Program-made: the position numbers and the translations under genes
DNA from: a virus
Taxonomy: Duplodnaviria > Heunggongvirae > Uroviricota > Caudoviricetes
IMG/VR virus record: IMGVR_UViG_3300035520_000763
Location: 7,032-71,031 of that record
Reading direction: 5' to 3' (one strand)
DNA length: 64,000 nucleotides
Notes under the pieces: model-generated
Told to the model about the DNA's origin: nothing
Databases searched by the model: none
What the model saw: only the letters and a program-made list of their open reading frames with translations
Part shown: positions 1-9,693 of the stretch, one piece after another
How the letters are laid out: the number at the start of each line of letters is the position of its first letter
Position numbering within the stretch: the first letter of the stretch is position 1

Positions 1-937
1 TCTTACAATAGATTAAATAGTCATCCTTGGTATTATATGTTTCTATAAAATCCTTTAACCAGTCAATGTATTTTTGCGTGTCTTTATTGTCTTTCTGTAT
101 ACGATACATTCCATATACGGAAAGAGCTAATGAAGAAGTTTTGATTTTTACAGGATTCTCAAATGCTTCATCTAATTTATCAAGAGAATTTCTTATCGCT
201 TCGACTTTTGCCAAAGTTTTATCTTTTGTTTCTGAACTAGAAATTAATTCGTTATAATGAGCAATAAATTTATTCATATCATCGTTTCTAAATGAGCCAA
301 AATCATATTCATTGTTAATTTCAGTCAGCATCAAAATCTGTAAAACAACATCTCTGTCCAAATTCTTTTTGTATTGTGCTTTAGTTAAAACCTTTTCAAA
401 GAATGGATGAGAAGCGAGAGAGTACACAATTTCTCTTGTTTCATCACTCTGAATCGTACTTCTTTTACATCCATTAGACAACGGATGTCCCATATTAATA
501 CGGTCAAAAATATCATTTATTTCTTCAGAAGTTGCATCAACCATTGTGATTACAGTAATATCTCTCGACATGAATCTGTCTTTTACTGCTTCATCAAGTT
601 TTGAATATTTCTTTCCCGCAATTTCGTACTCAACATCATCAATTATAATTGGCTTTAAATCCTTTGACAATGCAAATTTATCATTTGCAAAATCAGCAAG
701 ACCGGTAAATCTTTGCTTAAAGTCAACTACATCTAATATTTTTGTATTACTGTGGCGATTAAGAAGTGCAGGAAAAATTGGATATAAACGAAGAACTGAA
801 TCAATGAATAAACTAATTTCCTTTTTGTTCCATATTCCAGCACGTCTTTGAATTGGTAAATCAAAATTGTATTTCCCTTTGCTAATATCATTAATCAAAG
901 ACTGCATACTTTTCGGTTGACTTTTAATATCTTCCAT
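1..937 (-). CDS. DUF262 (GmrSD N-terminal / ParB-like) domain protein, runs off the left edge
   Basis: Not in the ORF track; translated by hand from ATG 937 (SD GGAG). MEDIKSQPKSMQSLINDISKGKYNFDLPIQRRAGIW...FIDSVLRLYPIFP...VVDFKQRFT...DIFDRINMG matches the DUF262 motifs QR, DGQQR (here DFKQR) and FxxxN. Open to base 2. Confidence 0.8.
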   Translation of the reverse strand, partial: MEDIKSQPKSMQSLINDISKGKYNFDLPIQRRAGIWNKKEISLFIDSVLRLYPIFPALLNRHSNTKILDVVDFKQRFTGLADFANDKFALSKDLKPIIIDDVEYEIAGKKYSKLDEAVKDRFMSRDITVITMVDATSEEINDIFDRINMGHPLSNGCKRSTIQSDETREIVYSLASHPFFEKVLTKAQYKKNLDRDVVLQILMLTEINNEYDFGSFRNDDMNKFIAHYNELISSSETKDKTLAKVEAIRNSLDKLDEAFENPVKIKTSSLALSVYGMYRIQKDNKDTQKYIDWLKDFIETYNTKDDYLIYCK

Positions 938-987
938 ACTTTTTTATCTCCTAAAATATTAAAATTTATTAAAAAACTTACTTTTTA

Positions 988-1016
988 AGAGTAGTACGAT
1001 TTCTATAAAATGTCAA
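988..1016 (-). promoter_or_regulatory. sigma70-type promoter for the DUF262 gene
   Basis: TTGACA-17 nt-TACTCT on the minus strand. Confidence 0.6.
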
Positions 1017-1039
1017 TATTTTTTATTAATTATCTGAAT

Positions 1040-1568
1040 TGTTGAATATATTTATCATACCTCTCACAATAAGATAAATATAACGCAAAGTAGTTCAACT
1101 TCTACTGTAATTTGAGTGCGTTTCTCATTCTTCCCTGAGCACACATTAACGATTTTCAACCGTCCAGTCCTTATGCTCGATGAACATAGTCCAATGCAAG
1201 AAATCTTGTTTAGGACTGTCTGCTGCGGATTACAATTCTCAACTTGAAAGTTGTTACCATACCTTATGCTTTCACATTTGCCGCTATAGCCTTTCGTTCT
1301 ATAGTTTGGATTTATCAAGTTTCATAGAAAAGTCCCCGACCTATGTTTATACTTTCATAGGTACTGAAAAGAATATAATATATTCTTCGCTGCGTTTCTT
1401 AAAAGCTGTAACTTTTAAAATAGCAGCCACTATTACATGCCAGTCATTCTCTACTGTTTAACTATTGGAGTCCTTGCTTTGTATTTAACAAAGTTCGTAC
1501 ACATCACTGCTAAACTCCACGGTAGCCAGGAAGGAAGAATTGTTGATTAAAGTAATCAACCTCATCAA
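1040..1568 (-). ncRNA. group I intron 2 of the tape-measure gene (5' end and catalytic core; 3' end not found in the window)
   Basis: P1: exon GCGGUGGU pairs with the intron IGS GCUACCGU (1526-1519), giving U-G at the splice site. P-like GUCGGGGAC (~1340), Q-like AAUCCGCAGC (~1230), R GUUCAUCGAGCA, and P7 GAGCA (1178-1174) / UGCUC (1141-1137). The left boundary is approximate. Confidence 0.7.
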
Positions 1569-1889
1569 ACCACCGCTTTTTTGTATTGCTGTAAATATTG
1601 TCGAAATTGCAATTGGAATTAATCCGAATTTATTGATTATATCATCTAGTGCTGATACACCAGTTGTTCCTAAATCTACAAACCACTTTAAAAGAGAACT
1701 ATCAAGAAGATCTGATTCTACCTCCTGTATTCTATTCTGGAATTGTGCTATTTTCGCATCGAGGGATTCCATATAAGCATCTAATTCATTTTGAGCTGAA
1801 TTATCAGATTCATAAGCAGAAGAATTAAAAGCTGAGACTAACATATCATGATTCTGAAGTATACTGGCAGCAATATTCGACCTGTTTTT
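1569..1889 (-). CDS. tape measure protein, exon 2 (107 codons)
   Basis: KNRSNIAASILQNHDMLVSAFNSS...KSGG is in frame with ORF 1485..1844, is preceded by a terminal G (1890) and continues exon 1 (...LLETIAG|KNRSNIAAS) seamlessly. Confidence 0.85.
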
Positions 1890-1921
1890 CTTTGTTGTTA
1901 AATAAGATTCGCAAAATCTTA

Positions 1922-2857
1922 CTAATGTTGATTACATAATTCTTTGTCTAAAATAATTTCAATATTATTATAATCCCCATATGGGATTCTTATAATCTTT
2001 ATGTTATTTTCAAAACAATAATTGTTTTTAATTTTATCATGATATACAGTTGTTTCATAATTTCTTGTTGCTTCTTCATAAGAAATTCCATTGAAGGTAA
2101 CTGGTTTATAATGGTGCTGCCCATCAAATTCGATAATAATATTTTGATTAGTCAAGTAAAAATCGAAGGGTAATGCATTTTTATCTTTACAATCATCAAA
2201 AATATATTGCTTTATATATGAATAGTTATTATGTTGTAAATAATTTTCTATTCTTTTTTCACCTTTAGAAAATTTATATTTCTTTTTATCAACACAATAT
2301 TTGCACCCAATAATATTGTCTCTATTCATATTTCCTCTACGCATATATTGAACACCAGCTTCTTTATGTTCATTGCAAATGAAACCAATACATATTCTTC
2401 CATTAATTGTTTTTGTTTCAATATACTCGAAATTTTTATCTTTACATAACTGTTTATCTTGTTCAATTTTATCTTTATTATAACCAGTTCTTCTGGCATT
2501 TTCTGTTATTTCTCTACCACACCAATAACAACCTCTACCAGATTCCAAATGACAAAGGCTTATAGTTTGTATCCCTTTATGTTCATGTTTTGGACATATA
2601 TATTTTAATGAATTAGTCGCCATGTCTTTAAAATCTTCTTCGTCAGAAATTAAAATATAATCTGTTTTTGCAAAGGCATTTTTTACATCTTCAAAACTAT
2701 GTTTTAATTTTTGACGTAACAAGCCCATTCTTTTTCTTTTATTAGCAATACTAATTTCCGTATGATTCGTAAGAAATAAAGATAACTCGTAATCAGTCAT
2801 TATTTGATAATTTTCCGTTATAAAATTTAATTCTTCATTAGTCCATTTATTTCGCAT
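1922..2857 (-). CDS. intron-encoded endonuclease, Vsr/DUF559-like (PD-(D/E)XK) C-terminus with Zn-finger and HTH-like N-terminal repeats
   Basis: C-terminal KGEKRIENYL...LPFDFYL...IIIEFDGQHHY; CPKH/CYWC and CNEH/CKYC pairs; SD GGAG; lies between P7 and the intron 3' end. Confidence 0.75.
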   Translation of the reverse strand: MRNKWTNEELNFITENYQIMTDYELSLFLTNHTEISIANKRKRMGLLRQKLKHSFEDVKNAFAKTDYILISDEEDFKDMATNSLKYICPKHEHKGIQTISLCHLESGRGCYWCGREITENARRTGYNKDKIEQDKQLCKDKNFEYIETKTINGRICIGFICNEHKEAGVQYMRRGNMNRDNIIGCKYCVDKKKYKFSKGEKRIENYLQHNNYSYIKQYIFDDCKDKNALPFDFYLTNQNIIIEFDGQHHYKPVTFNGISYEEATRNYETTVYHDKIKNNYCFENNIKIIRIPYGDYNNIEIILDKELCNQH

Positions 2858-2873
2858 ATTCTCCTTTCAAGAC

Positions 2874-2900
2874 AAAATAAAAAAGACCCAAAAGAGTCTT
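2874..2900 (-). terminator. intrinsic-terminator-like hairpin inside intron 1
   Basis: AAGACUC-UUUU-GGGUCUU followed by UUUUAUUUU. Confidence 0.55.
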
Positions 2901-3307
2901 TATGTATCAACATTCTTTATTTTTTCAATAAATGAACAGATCATGTCTTATTCCCTCGACTTTACGTTAGGGAACATACCTTTTCCATTTGACGGATTTT
3001 CACCGACTCCATTTGCGATTGAGCCGTACTTCTATTGGTTTAGATATTCAGGATTTCCACCTTTATTCTCTGGTCTAAACCTCCTCATCGGAGAATGATC
3101 GTTGAGCGTTTACCCTCGGCTTATCTGTCCTATGTTCTAGGATGACGTTAGGGTACTTCGTTGCAAATTAACCATTGTTATATCTCTAACTTTTTAATCC
3201 TTCATATAGTAGTTTCCTCTATATTGTGGCATAGAGCTTTAGGCAATCAATGCAGTTAAATATGTTCTTTGGAAATGTATTTCTATCATCTCCCTGGCAA
3301 AAATTTC

Positions 3308-6300
3308 ACCAGCTATCGTTTCCAGTAACAAGTTAAGATTATTTGTTCCTAATTCCTTATCTTTTTTAACAATGTCATCATATAAATCACTCAAACCTTC
3401 CATAATCTCGTAGGTTGATTTATAATTTCCATTAGCATCAAGAATATCAAATCCTTCACCACCAGCGGCAGCTTTAGTTGCATCTTTAATAGTATCTCTT
3501 AGCTTTGATACACTTTCGATATATCCTTCTGTATCTTCTCCTAATTCTTCAAGTTGTTCTTTACCTTCGGATGTTCCAACAAGTCGTAATGCAATTGTAC
3601 GCATTCCCGCGCCTACGCTATCAGCATCCTGAACTACAGCATTACCTGCCGTAACGAGAGCTAAAGCTTCATCCATTGAATTACCAGCTGTTTTTAAAGC
3701 ACTAGCCGATTTCTGTAAAGCAGAAGCCGCTTCATCTGTACTAATTGAGTAATTATTACCTACCTGGTTAAGTTTGTTGATGATATCCATTTTATCAAGG
3801 TCTGTATAGGCTTGACTCATGGCAATTAATGATTCAGTAGCATCGTCAATGTTATCAAATTCTGATACATTTAGTAAAATAGTAGTATCTTTAGCACTTT
3901 CAGAAGCCTGTTCCAAACTTTCTCCAAGTCTCATGTACGAAGCGGTCGCATCCTGTAACTCTAAAGCAGTAGTACCAATATCATCTGCAATTTCAAAAGT
4001 TGTCTGTTGAAATGCTTTTAAACTACTAACAGTTTCATCAGATACTTTTCTCATTTCTGTTAAAGCAGTATCCAATTCGCGAACTGTCTCAACCGTTTCG
4101 CCCAACTTGTTAATAATTGAATACACACTAAAATACATGCTAACAATTTGGGAAATATTGTTATAAAAAGCTTTATCTTTTAATATATCCAGCCAACTTT
4201 TACCAGCTCGACCAGCTTCACGTTCATGCTGTATAATAGTGAGACATTCAGCATCTATTTCTTTTAACGGTTTTGTTGGATTACCACTAACTAATTGATT
4301 ATAATATTTTTGAATAGCCGCTTTTGCCTCTTTGGACATTCTGGTATTCTCTTGCAGATATTTATTTAATTTCTCTGCCATTTTAGAAACGCCATCATCA
4401 GTCCATCCACGTTCACCAAGAGTAACACCTTTTTCCATCTGTTTAATGGTATTTTCAAGGTCTTTTTCTAAATTTTTAACTCTTTTTTCTTCAGCGGGTG
4501 AAACTATGCCATCATTTTTTTGAATATCTTGAATGGCGGTTTTATATTCATCTATTTGTTTTTGTAAATCAATTAATTTCTGTTTCCAAGAATCAAAAAT
4601 ATGCTCATCATCTGGCTTAATCTTAAAAGTATTCAGTTTGTTTTGGAATTTTTCAAGAGAGCTTTCCCATGAAGAGAACATAGAATTAGTAGATGTTTGC
4701 TCAGTTTTTCTTTGAACTGTATCAAGAGAATGACTTACATTATTTATACTTTCATTGATTTTGTTTATATGATTTGGTAAAAGAGTACCAGCATTTAATG
4801 CTTCTGATAATACTTCAGAAATTTTATTATCGAGTCTTTCAAGATCCTCGACGTCTCCCTCTAAAGCTTTATTACCATTAACTCTAGTTCCAACTTCTTT
4901 GTATTGGTTGATAAGAGCAATAATTTCTTGATATTTTTGCTTTGATTTTTCTAGTCCAGTATCTGTTTCATTTTTACCTTGTACTTTTGATAAATTACTT
5001 TCATATGTAGCAACGGTTTGTAATGCCTCTGCTCGACGCTTCTCATTAGAAATAATATTATCATATACAGATAATTGTTCCCCAAGAGATTTATGTATTG
5101 CCTGTTCAGTGGCAAGTTCTTGTTTAAGAGCAGTCGTATTTTGTCCGTTGCTTTCTGCGGTTTTTATATCAGTGCGCAATTTTAAAATTCGCTGTAAAGA
5201 ATTTTCTTGCTGTTCTAACAAAGATGTAGCAGACTTGATTTCAGCAGTATATACAGTACGGTCATCTCTAGCAGAATAATATACGCTTGAATCGTCATTA
5301 TATGTTTTTGTACCAGAACTATCAACAGAAACTAATTTAGCCCTAAGTTCTTCTAATTTAGCAATAGTTTCATCTGTAATTGTGCCATATTTACGGGCTT
5401 TTTCTATAAGTGCATCGTATTTAGCAACTTCTTCAGCACTAGCAACCTCTGTACTTTTCCCACCTAATTGACCAGTAGTAGGGTTGTTCGCTTTCTTTTT
5501 ATAAGCAGCAATTTCCTGATATTCTTTAAGTAATTTCTCGACTTCAAGAAACTCTTGTTCTGTAGAAGAGTCACGTTTTTGTCCTTTAAGATTATTTATT
5601 TTAGTCTCTATTTCAAGACGTTTGGTTTCCAACTCATTAAGATCTTTGGCATTTGTAACAGGTTTTTCTAAATCGTTGTTTGCTTTTGAATCATAAGTCA
5701 TCTGAATATGATTTAATTGTTGCTCATATTTTGCTAATTGGCGAGTAGCTTGTGTGATTGCCTTAGAATCAGCGTTACTTGATTTAGCAGTTTGTATATT
5801 ATTTTGCTTTTGTATTTCAGTATTTAAACGTTGCTGATTTTCTAAAATACGCTGTTGTTGAGTTTGAGTATCAGTACAATATTCATCCTGTTGAGCATAC
5901 AAATTAAGAGTCTTTTGCAATTCGTCTCTACGTTGTTGCGTAAGTCGGATTAGTTCTTCGTCAGCAGTAGTATCATAATTTGGATATGCCGCCTTAGTCT
6001 TATTCATATCCGTAGTTAGTTTATTTATTTGATTATCTGCCTTGATAATCTGATTAGCTACTTGCTCGAAATTAGTATTTAGACTTTGAACAGTCGGAAC
6101 CCATTCCTTAGTTTCATTATTCCAAGTCATTAAAGTTCTTTGGAGTTGTCCATCCTGTAGTCTTTCTAAATAAGAAAAACTACCTTCATAGCCTGTGACA
6201 TTACCGTTATCATCCATGATTGCTCTAAGTTCTTTTAGCCAAGATTGAGAAATAATATCTTTCCCTTCGGTTAGAACAGTCATTAATTCTCGTGCTCTAT

Positions 6301-6898
6301 TTTCAGTAGCAGATATAGACTCTTGCAGTTTTTCTTGACCATCAACAGCGGCAGAAGCGAATTGCTCTGTACCCCCAGATGAAAGATTCGTTTTATTACT
6401 ACTTACTTTACTCTGTGCTTTTGCTAAATTCTCAGTAGCACTAGCAAGACCTTCAGTAGCTTTTTGTGCATTTTGGATTTGACCGACATTAGCATTTGCA
6501 TTCTTTCCGATATTACCAAAATCCGTATTAGCTTCCGTAATGTGTTTCGTCAGCGTAGTCAAAGAAGCGTCAATACTTTGAATAGAAGATAACAGATTTT
6601 TTGCACCTGAATTACCATCTATCTTACCAAAAGCATTACTTAAATCTTTCACTTCTGATGTAACGGCAGTAAGTTCTTTTGTTAAATTCTCAAATTGTTT
6701 GAAATCGCCAGTACCTTTCCCAAGACTTTTTAACATCTTATCAAGATTAGCGATAGTACTTTCTAATTGTTCTTTATTTACGCCAATATCAATAGTATAT
6801 TGTTTATTATTTACTTCTTTTTCTAAAGTTTCTAGTTGTTTCTGAGCTGTACTAATATCCAACTCAATTTTTTTCTGCCATGCAGATAATCCACTCAT
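3308..6898 (-). CDS. tail tape measure protein, exon 1 (1197 codons)
   Basis: Long helical coiled-coil protein with a TP901-type TMP core (ELDTALTEMRKV...GNNYSISTDE...GAGMRTIALRL). The last ~22 aa of the 1219-aa ORF are read-in to the intron. Confidence 0.9.
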
Positions 6899-6911
6899 TT
6901 AATGCGTCACC

Positions 6912-7370
6912 TCACTTTAAAATTTTATTAACTTCTTTGTCTATAATTTTATCAATGCGACCACCAAAACCACTTTCAATGTCTGCATCAACATACATAT
7001 AAGGAGGTAGTGACTGTTTCATCATCCACCTGCCATGACCATGTTCACCGCCCATAAAGAAAAAATCAAAAGCAGTACTTGGTTGTAACTTATTACCACC
7101 AATCCAACTAGGATATGAATTCATATAACCTGAATCGACAGACATTGTAATAACGTTTCCTTTGCCACTTGTTCTTGCACTTTTAAGAACATTCATAAAA
7201 TTATTTGTGCGTTGATATGCTTGTGGATTATAGTCGTTATAGTAATCAACCAAGGAATAACTCACAGACTCTTTGAATAATTTATTTACCTCTGGTGCAA
7301 TTTTTTCTGCAATATGTTCTTTAAGATCTATTAATTGTTTGTTCCAATCATCTGTTAAATTTCCACTCAT
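6912..7370 (-). CDS. putative neck/tail-completion protein (HK97 gp10-like position)
   Basis: Likely start MSGNLTD (SD GAGG); motif YNDYNPQAYQRTNNF; directly upstream of the TMP gene. Confidence 0.5.
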   Translation of the reverse strand: MSGNLTDDWNKQLIDLKEHIAEKIAPEVNKLFKESVSYSLVDYYNDYNPQAYQRTNNFMNVLKSARTSGKGNVITMSVDSGYMNSYPSWIGGNKLQPSTAFDFFFMGGEHGHGRWMMKQSLPPYMYVDADIESGFGGRIDKIIDKEVNKILK

Positions 7371-7400
7371 CCTATACCTCTTTTCAAATTGTGTATAATC

Positions 7401-7431
7401 AAAAATAGGAGAGTAGTAATAACCACTCTCC
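7401..7431 (-). terminator. hairpin plus U-tract, member of the dispersed GGAGAG...CUCUCCUAUUUU family
   Basis: GGAGAGUGG-UUAUUA-CUACUCUCC-UAUUUUU. Related copies at 16242, 19728, 28365, 29632 and 35627. Confidence 0.6.
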
Positions 7432-7506
7432 AAAGAAATAGCCCTGCAAGCTATGACCCTTGCAGGACTCAAAATTAACATTAATAAACAATAAAAAAGA
7501 GACTGA

Positions 7507-8148
7507 TTACTTATCAATCTCTTTTACATAGTTTTTATTATAATCGCACAAATCTCTAATATCCGCACACTCAGTACTGTCTTTATTATATACAATTTCT
7601 ATATCTGTTGCGTTTGCGGTATTTAATATCACAATTCTAGTATCATCATCCGTGAAATCATAAAGTATACCTTCATCTTTATCTTTAATAATATATGAAC
7701 CCAATGCTATATGAGGTTCATTAGAATAATTTTCGTAAATATGAATTATTCCATCATATATAATATCCTCATAATGTACAATAGCTCTCATTGGATAATC
7801 ATTATCCATTAAATCATCCCACAAATATAAATTTCCAGTATCCCTAATCTTTAACCAATCTAAAATATACAATGATATTTTTTTATTCCTTAACACCCTT
7901 GCAAGAATATAAGCAAAAATCACTGCCGAAAGTACAATCAATATATTGTCGGCTATTTTAGAAATAGTAAATGGTATGAGATACGCAATATTGCAATAAA
8001 CATATCCAACAACAACAGAAGACATTAATATATGTTCAACATCTGAAGTATTCTGTTTTAAAGCGACAAAATGGAATGTTTTAGTAAAAACGTAACCTGT
8101 AACAATATACAATATAGCCTGTGGTAAAATTTTAATCAGTTCTTCTAT
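7507..8148 (-). CDS. membrane protein, DUF6338-like moron
   Basis: Three N-terminal hydrophobic segments and an acidic beta-rich C-terminus; the frame extends upstream to an ATA after the SD AAGGTG. Confidence 0.55.
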   Translation of the reverse strand: MEELIKILPQAILYIVTGYVFTKTFHFVALKQNTSDVEHILMSSVVVGYVYCNIAYLIPFTISKIADNILIVLSAVIFAYILARVLRNKKISLYILDWLKIRDTGNLYLWDDLMDNDYPMRAIVHYEDIIYDGIIHIYENYSNEPHIALGSYIIKDKDEGILYDFTDDDTRIVILNTANATDIEIVYNKDSTECADIRDLCDYNKNYVKEIDK

Positions 8149-8154
8149 AAGAGA

Positions 8155-8301
8155 TCACCTTCCATTTTCTTTATTCTTATTTGATTTATCATCTTTAGTA
8201 GTAGGTTGTTTGTGAGGAAATCGTCTACTAAAATTTTGTTTTCCAATTGGTTTATTAGATTTCTCATCCTTAGTATCGTTACCTTTGCAATCCATATTCA
8301 T
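8155..8301 (-). CDS. 48-aa highly charged peptide
   Basis: MNMDCKGNDTKDEKSNKPIGKQNFSRRFPHKQPTTKDDKSNKNKENGR; SD GGAGG; stop overlaps the SD of the next gene. Confidence 0.6.
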   Translation of the reverse strand: MNMDCKGNDTKDEKSNKPIGKQNFSRRFPHKQPTTKDDKSNKNKENGR

Positions 8302-8343
8302 ATTAAACCTCCAATCATATAAAATATATTATGTAATAATATT

Positions 8344-8372
8344 ATTATACAATGATTAGTTTAATATATCAA
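8344..8372 (-). promoter_or_regulatory. moron promoter
   Basis: TTGATA-17 nt-TATAAT. Confidence 0.7.
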
Positions 8373-8465
8373 TCTTAATATTAAAACCTACATATCAAAA
8401 ATATTAAAATCAAAAAGTTCTTTATTTTCAACGATTTTTCAAAAACGATTTTCACCATGGAACAA

Positions 8466-8720
8466 TTATTTTATATTAGTTTTTTCTTCTAAATAATTCC
8501 AAATTCTTTCTTTTGTATCAATGGAATATGTAATTATTCCTTTCTTTGTTCCGTTCCAAAAATCAGATTCTTCTTCTTTATTTAAATATATTTTAACTGC
8601 TTGTTCTTGTTCTTTTTCTAATCTGTAATTTGCAAGCATTAATAATGCTTCACCCAAAGTTCCATCAAAATCCTCTGGAAGTTTAAAACAACAATTTTCT
8701 ATATGTAACATTTTATCCAT
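8466..8720 (-). CDS. hypothetical protein
   Basis: 84-aa ORF with phage-like composition. Confidence 0.6.
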   Translation of the reverse strand: MDKMLHIENCCFKLPEDFDGTLGEALLMLANYRLEKEQEQAVKIYLNKEEESDFWNGTKKGIITYSIDTKERIWNYLEEKTNIK

Positions 8721-8758
8721 ATTTAATTCTTAATTACCTCTAGCTTTCACTATATATA

Positions 8759-8941
8759 TTATATAACAATCTCATAAATAACCCCTTCGGCATTTTTCGG
8801 AGCTTTAGTTCCCCAACCATTCTTTTTCCTTAATTCATAATAATCGCCGCAATCAGCAGCAGTAAGTTCTTCACCTTTATTAATATTTATTTGATGCTTT
8901 CCATCAGTTATTTCTACATCTTGCAAAAAACGTGCTTTCAT
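8759..8941 (-). CDS. hypothetical protein (SH3-like beta pattern)
   Basis: 60-aa ORF, SD AGGA. Confidence 0.55.
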   Translation of the reverse strand: MKARFLQDVEITDGKHQININKGEELTAADCGDYYELRKKNGWGTKAPKNAEGVIYEIVI

Positions 8942-8963
8942 AATTTTATCCTTTCAATCCAAA

Positions 8964-9395
8964 TTATCTCAAAAATCCACGCAATTCAGTTGTAACTTCA
9001 TGTCTTGGCAATGGCTGCCGTTTAATCGGTTCTAATACATATATGTAATTATTATCACTTCTTGATCCGGAATAATATTTAAAACGATAATTCTTATATG
9101 TGGTAGAATATTCTTTATTTTCAAATGAAGTTATAGGGTTAGTGTAAAATCCTTTTTCTATTATAGTATTTATTTTATAATCATTTATATATGCGTTATA
9201 TAAATTTACGTCAAACAACGCTAAATTAACAATAATTTCACCATTATGACAAACAGATAAATCACTGATTTGTTTAACATTAATTAAATAATCACCAAAT
9301 GAAAAAATAAGCATATTTATACGATCAATTACAATCGGTTCATCTAATTCGTTATCATAATCATATACCTTAAATTCTCCAAAATGTTCTCTCAT
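8964..9395 (-). CDS. hypothetical protein
   Basis: 143-aa ORF in the operon. Confidence 0.65.
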   Translation of the reverse strand: MREHFGEFKVYDYDNELDEPIVIDRINMLIFSFGDYLINVKQISDLSVCHNGEIIVNLALFDVNLYNAYINDYKINTIIEKGFYTNPITSFENKEYSTTYKNYRFKYYSGSRSDNNYIYVLEPIKRQPLPRHEVTTELRGFLR

Positions 9396-9400
9396 AATTT

Positions 9401-9646
9401 TTAATCCTTTGCTTCTTCCAACAATTCATTAACATTATCTTTCATGAACTGACTCACTTTAATATATCCTTCAATATTATTCTTCTCTCCAAAACCTCTG
9501 AATTTTACTCTGGCAGGATAAACATTTGTGATTTTATTATCTTCCATTTCTACGGTAATCGCCCATCCAAAAGTATGTAAAATCATGTTAATCCACCAAA
9601 GCATTCCACATTCACGAAATTCGCCCCATGTTTTCTTTGTTATCAT
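9401..9646 (-). CDS. conserved phage hypothetical protein
   Basis: 81 aa, FRECGMLWWINMILHTFGWAI motif typical of a small phage family. Confidence 0.65.
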   Translation of the reverse strand: MITKKTWGEFRECGMLWWINMILHTFGWAITVEMEDNKITNVYPARVKFRGFGEKNNIEGYIKVSQFMKDNVNELLEEAKD

Positions 9647-9693
9647 GTTATTTTATCCTTTGTTATTTTTCATCATTTTATTTAAAAACATAC

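Larger units (their letters stand above)
1890..3307 (-). mobile_element. group I intron 1 (1418 nt) in the tape-measure gene, with endonuclease ORF
   Basis: Exon 1 ends in U (GCUGGU). The IGS UUUUU-G-CCAG gives P1 (CUGGU/GCCAG, U-G) and P10 with the exon-2 start AAAAA. P7 GAUCA (3100-3096) / UGAUC (2943-2939), J8/7 AAGACA, omega-G at 1890. Confidence 0.88.

Noticed and set aside
27-851. Plus-strand ORFs 27..257, 407..604 and 546..851 (and similar plus-strand ORFs throughout 1-52 kb)
   Set aside because: Antisense shadows of longer minus-strand genes
1064-1568. ORF 1064..1318 and the tail of ORF 1485..1844
   Set aside because: They overlap the intron 2 catalytic core and IGS; no SD and no protein-like pattern
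3239-3307. C-terminal 22 aa of the 1219-aa ORF (EIFAREMIEIHFQRTYLTALIA)
   Set aside because: Read-through into intron 1, not true TMP sequence
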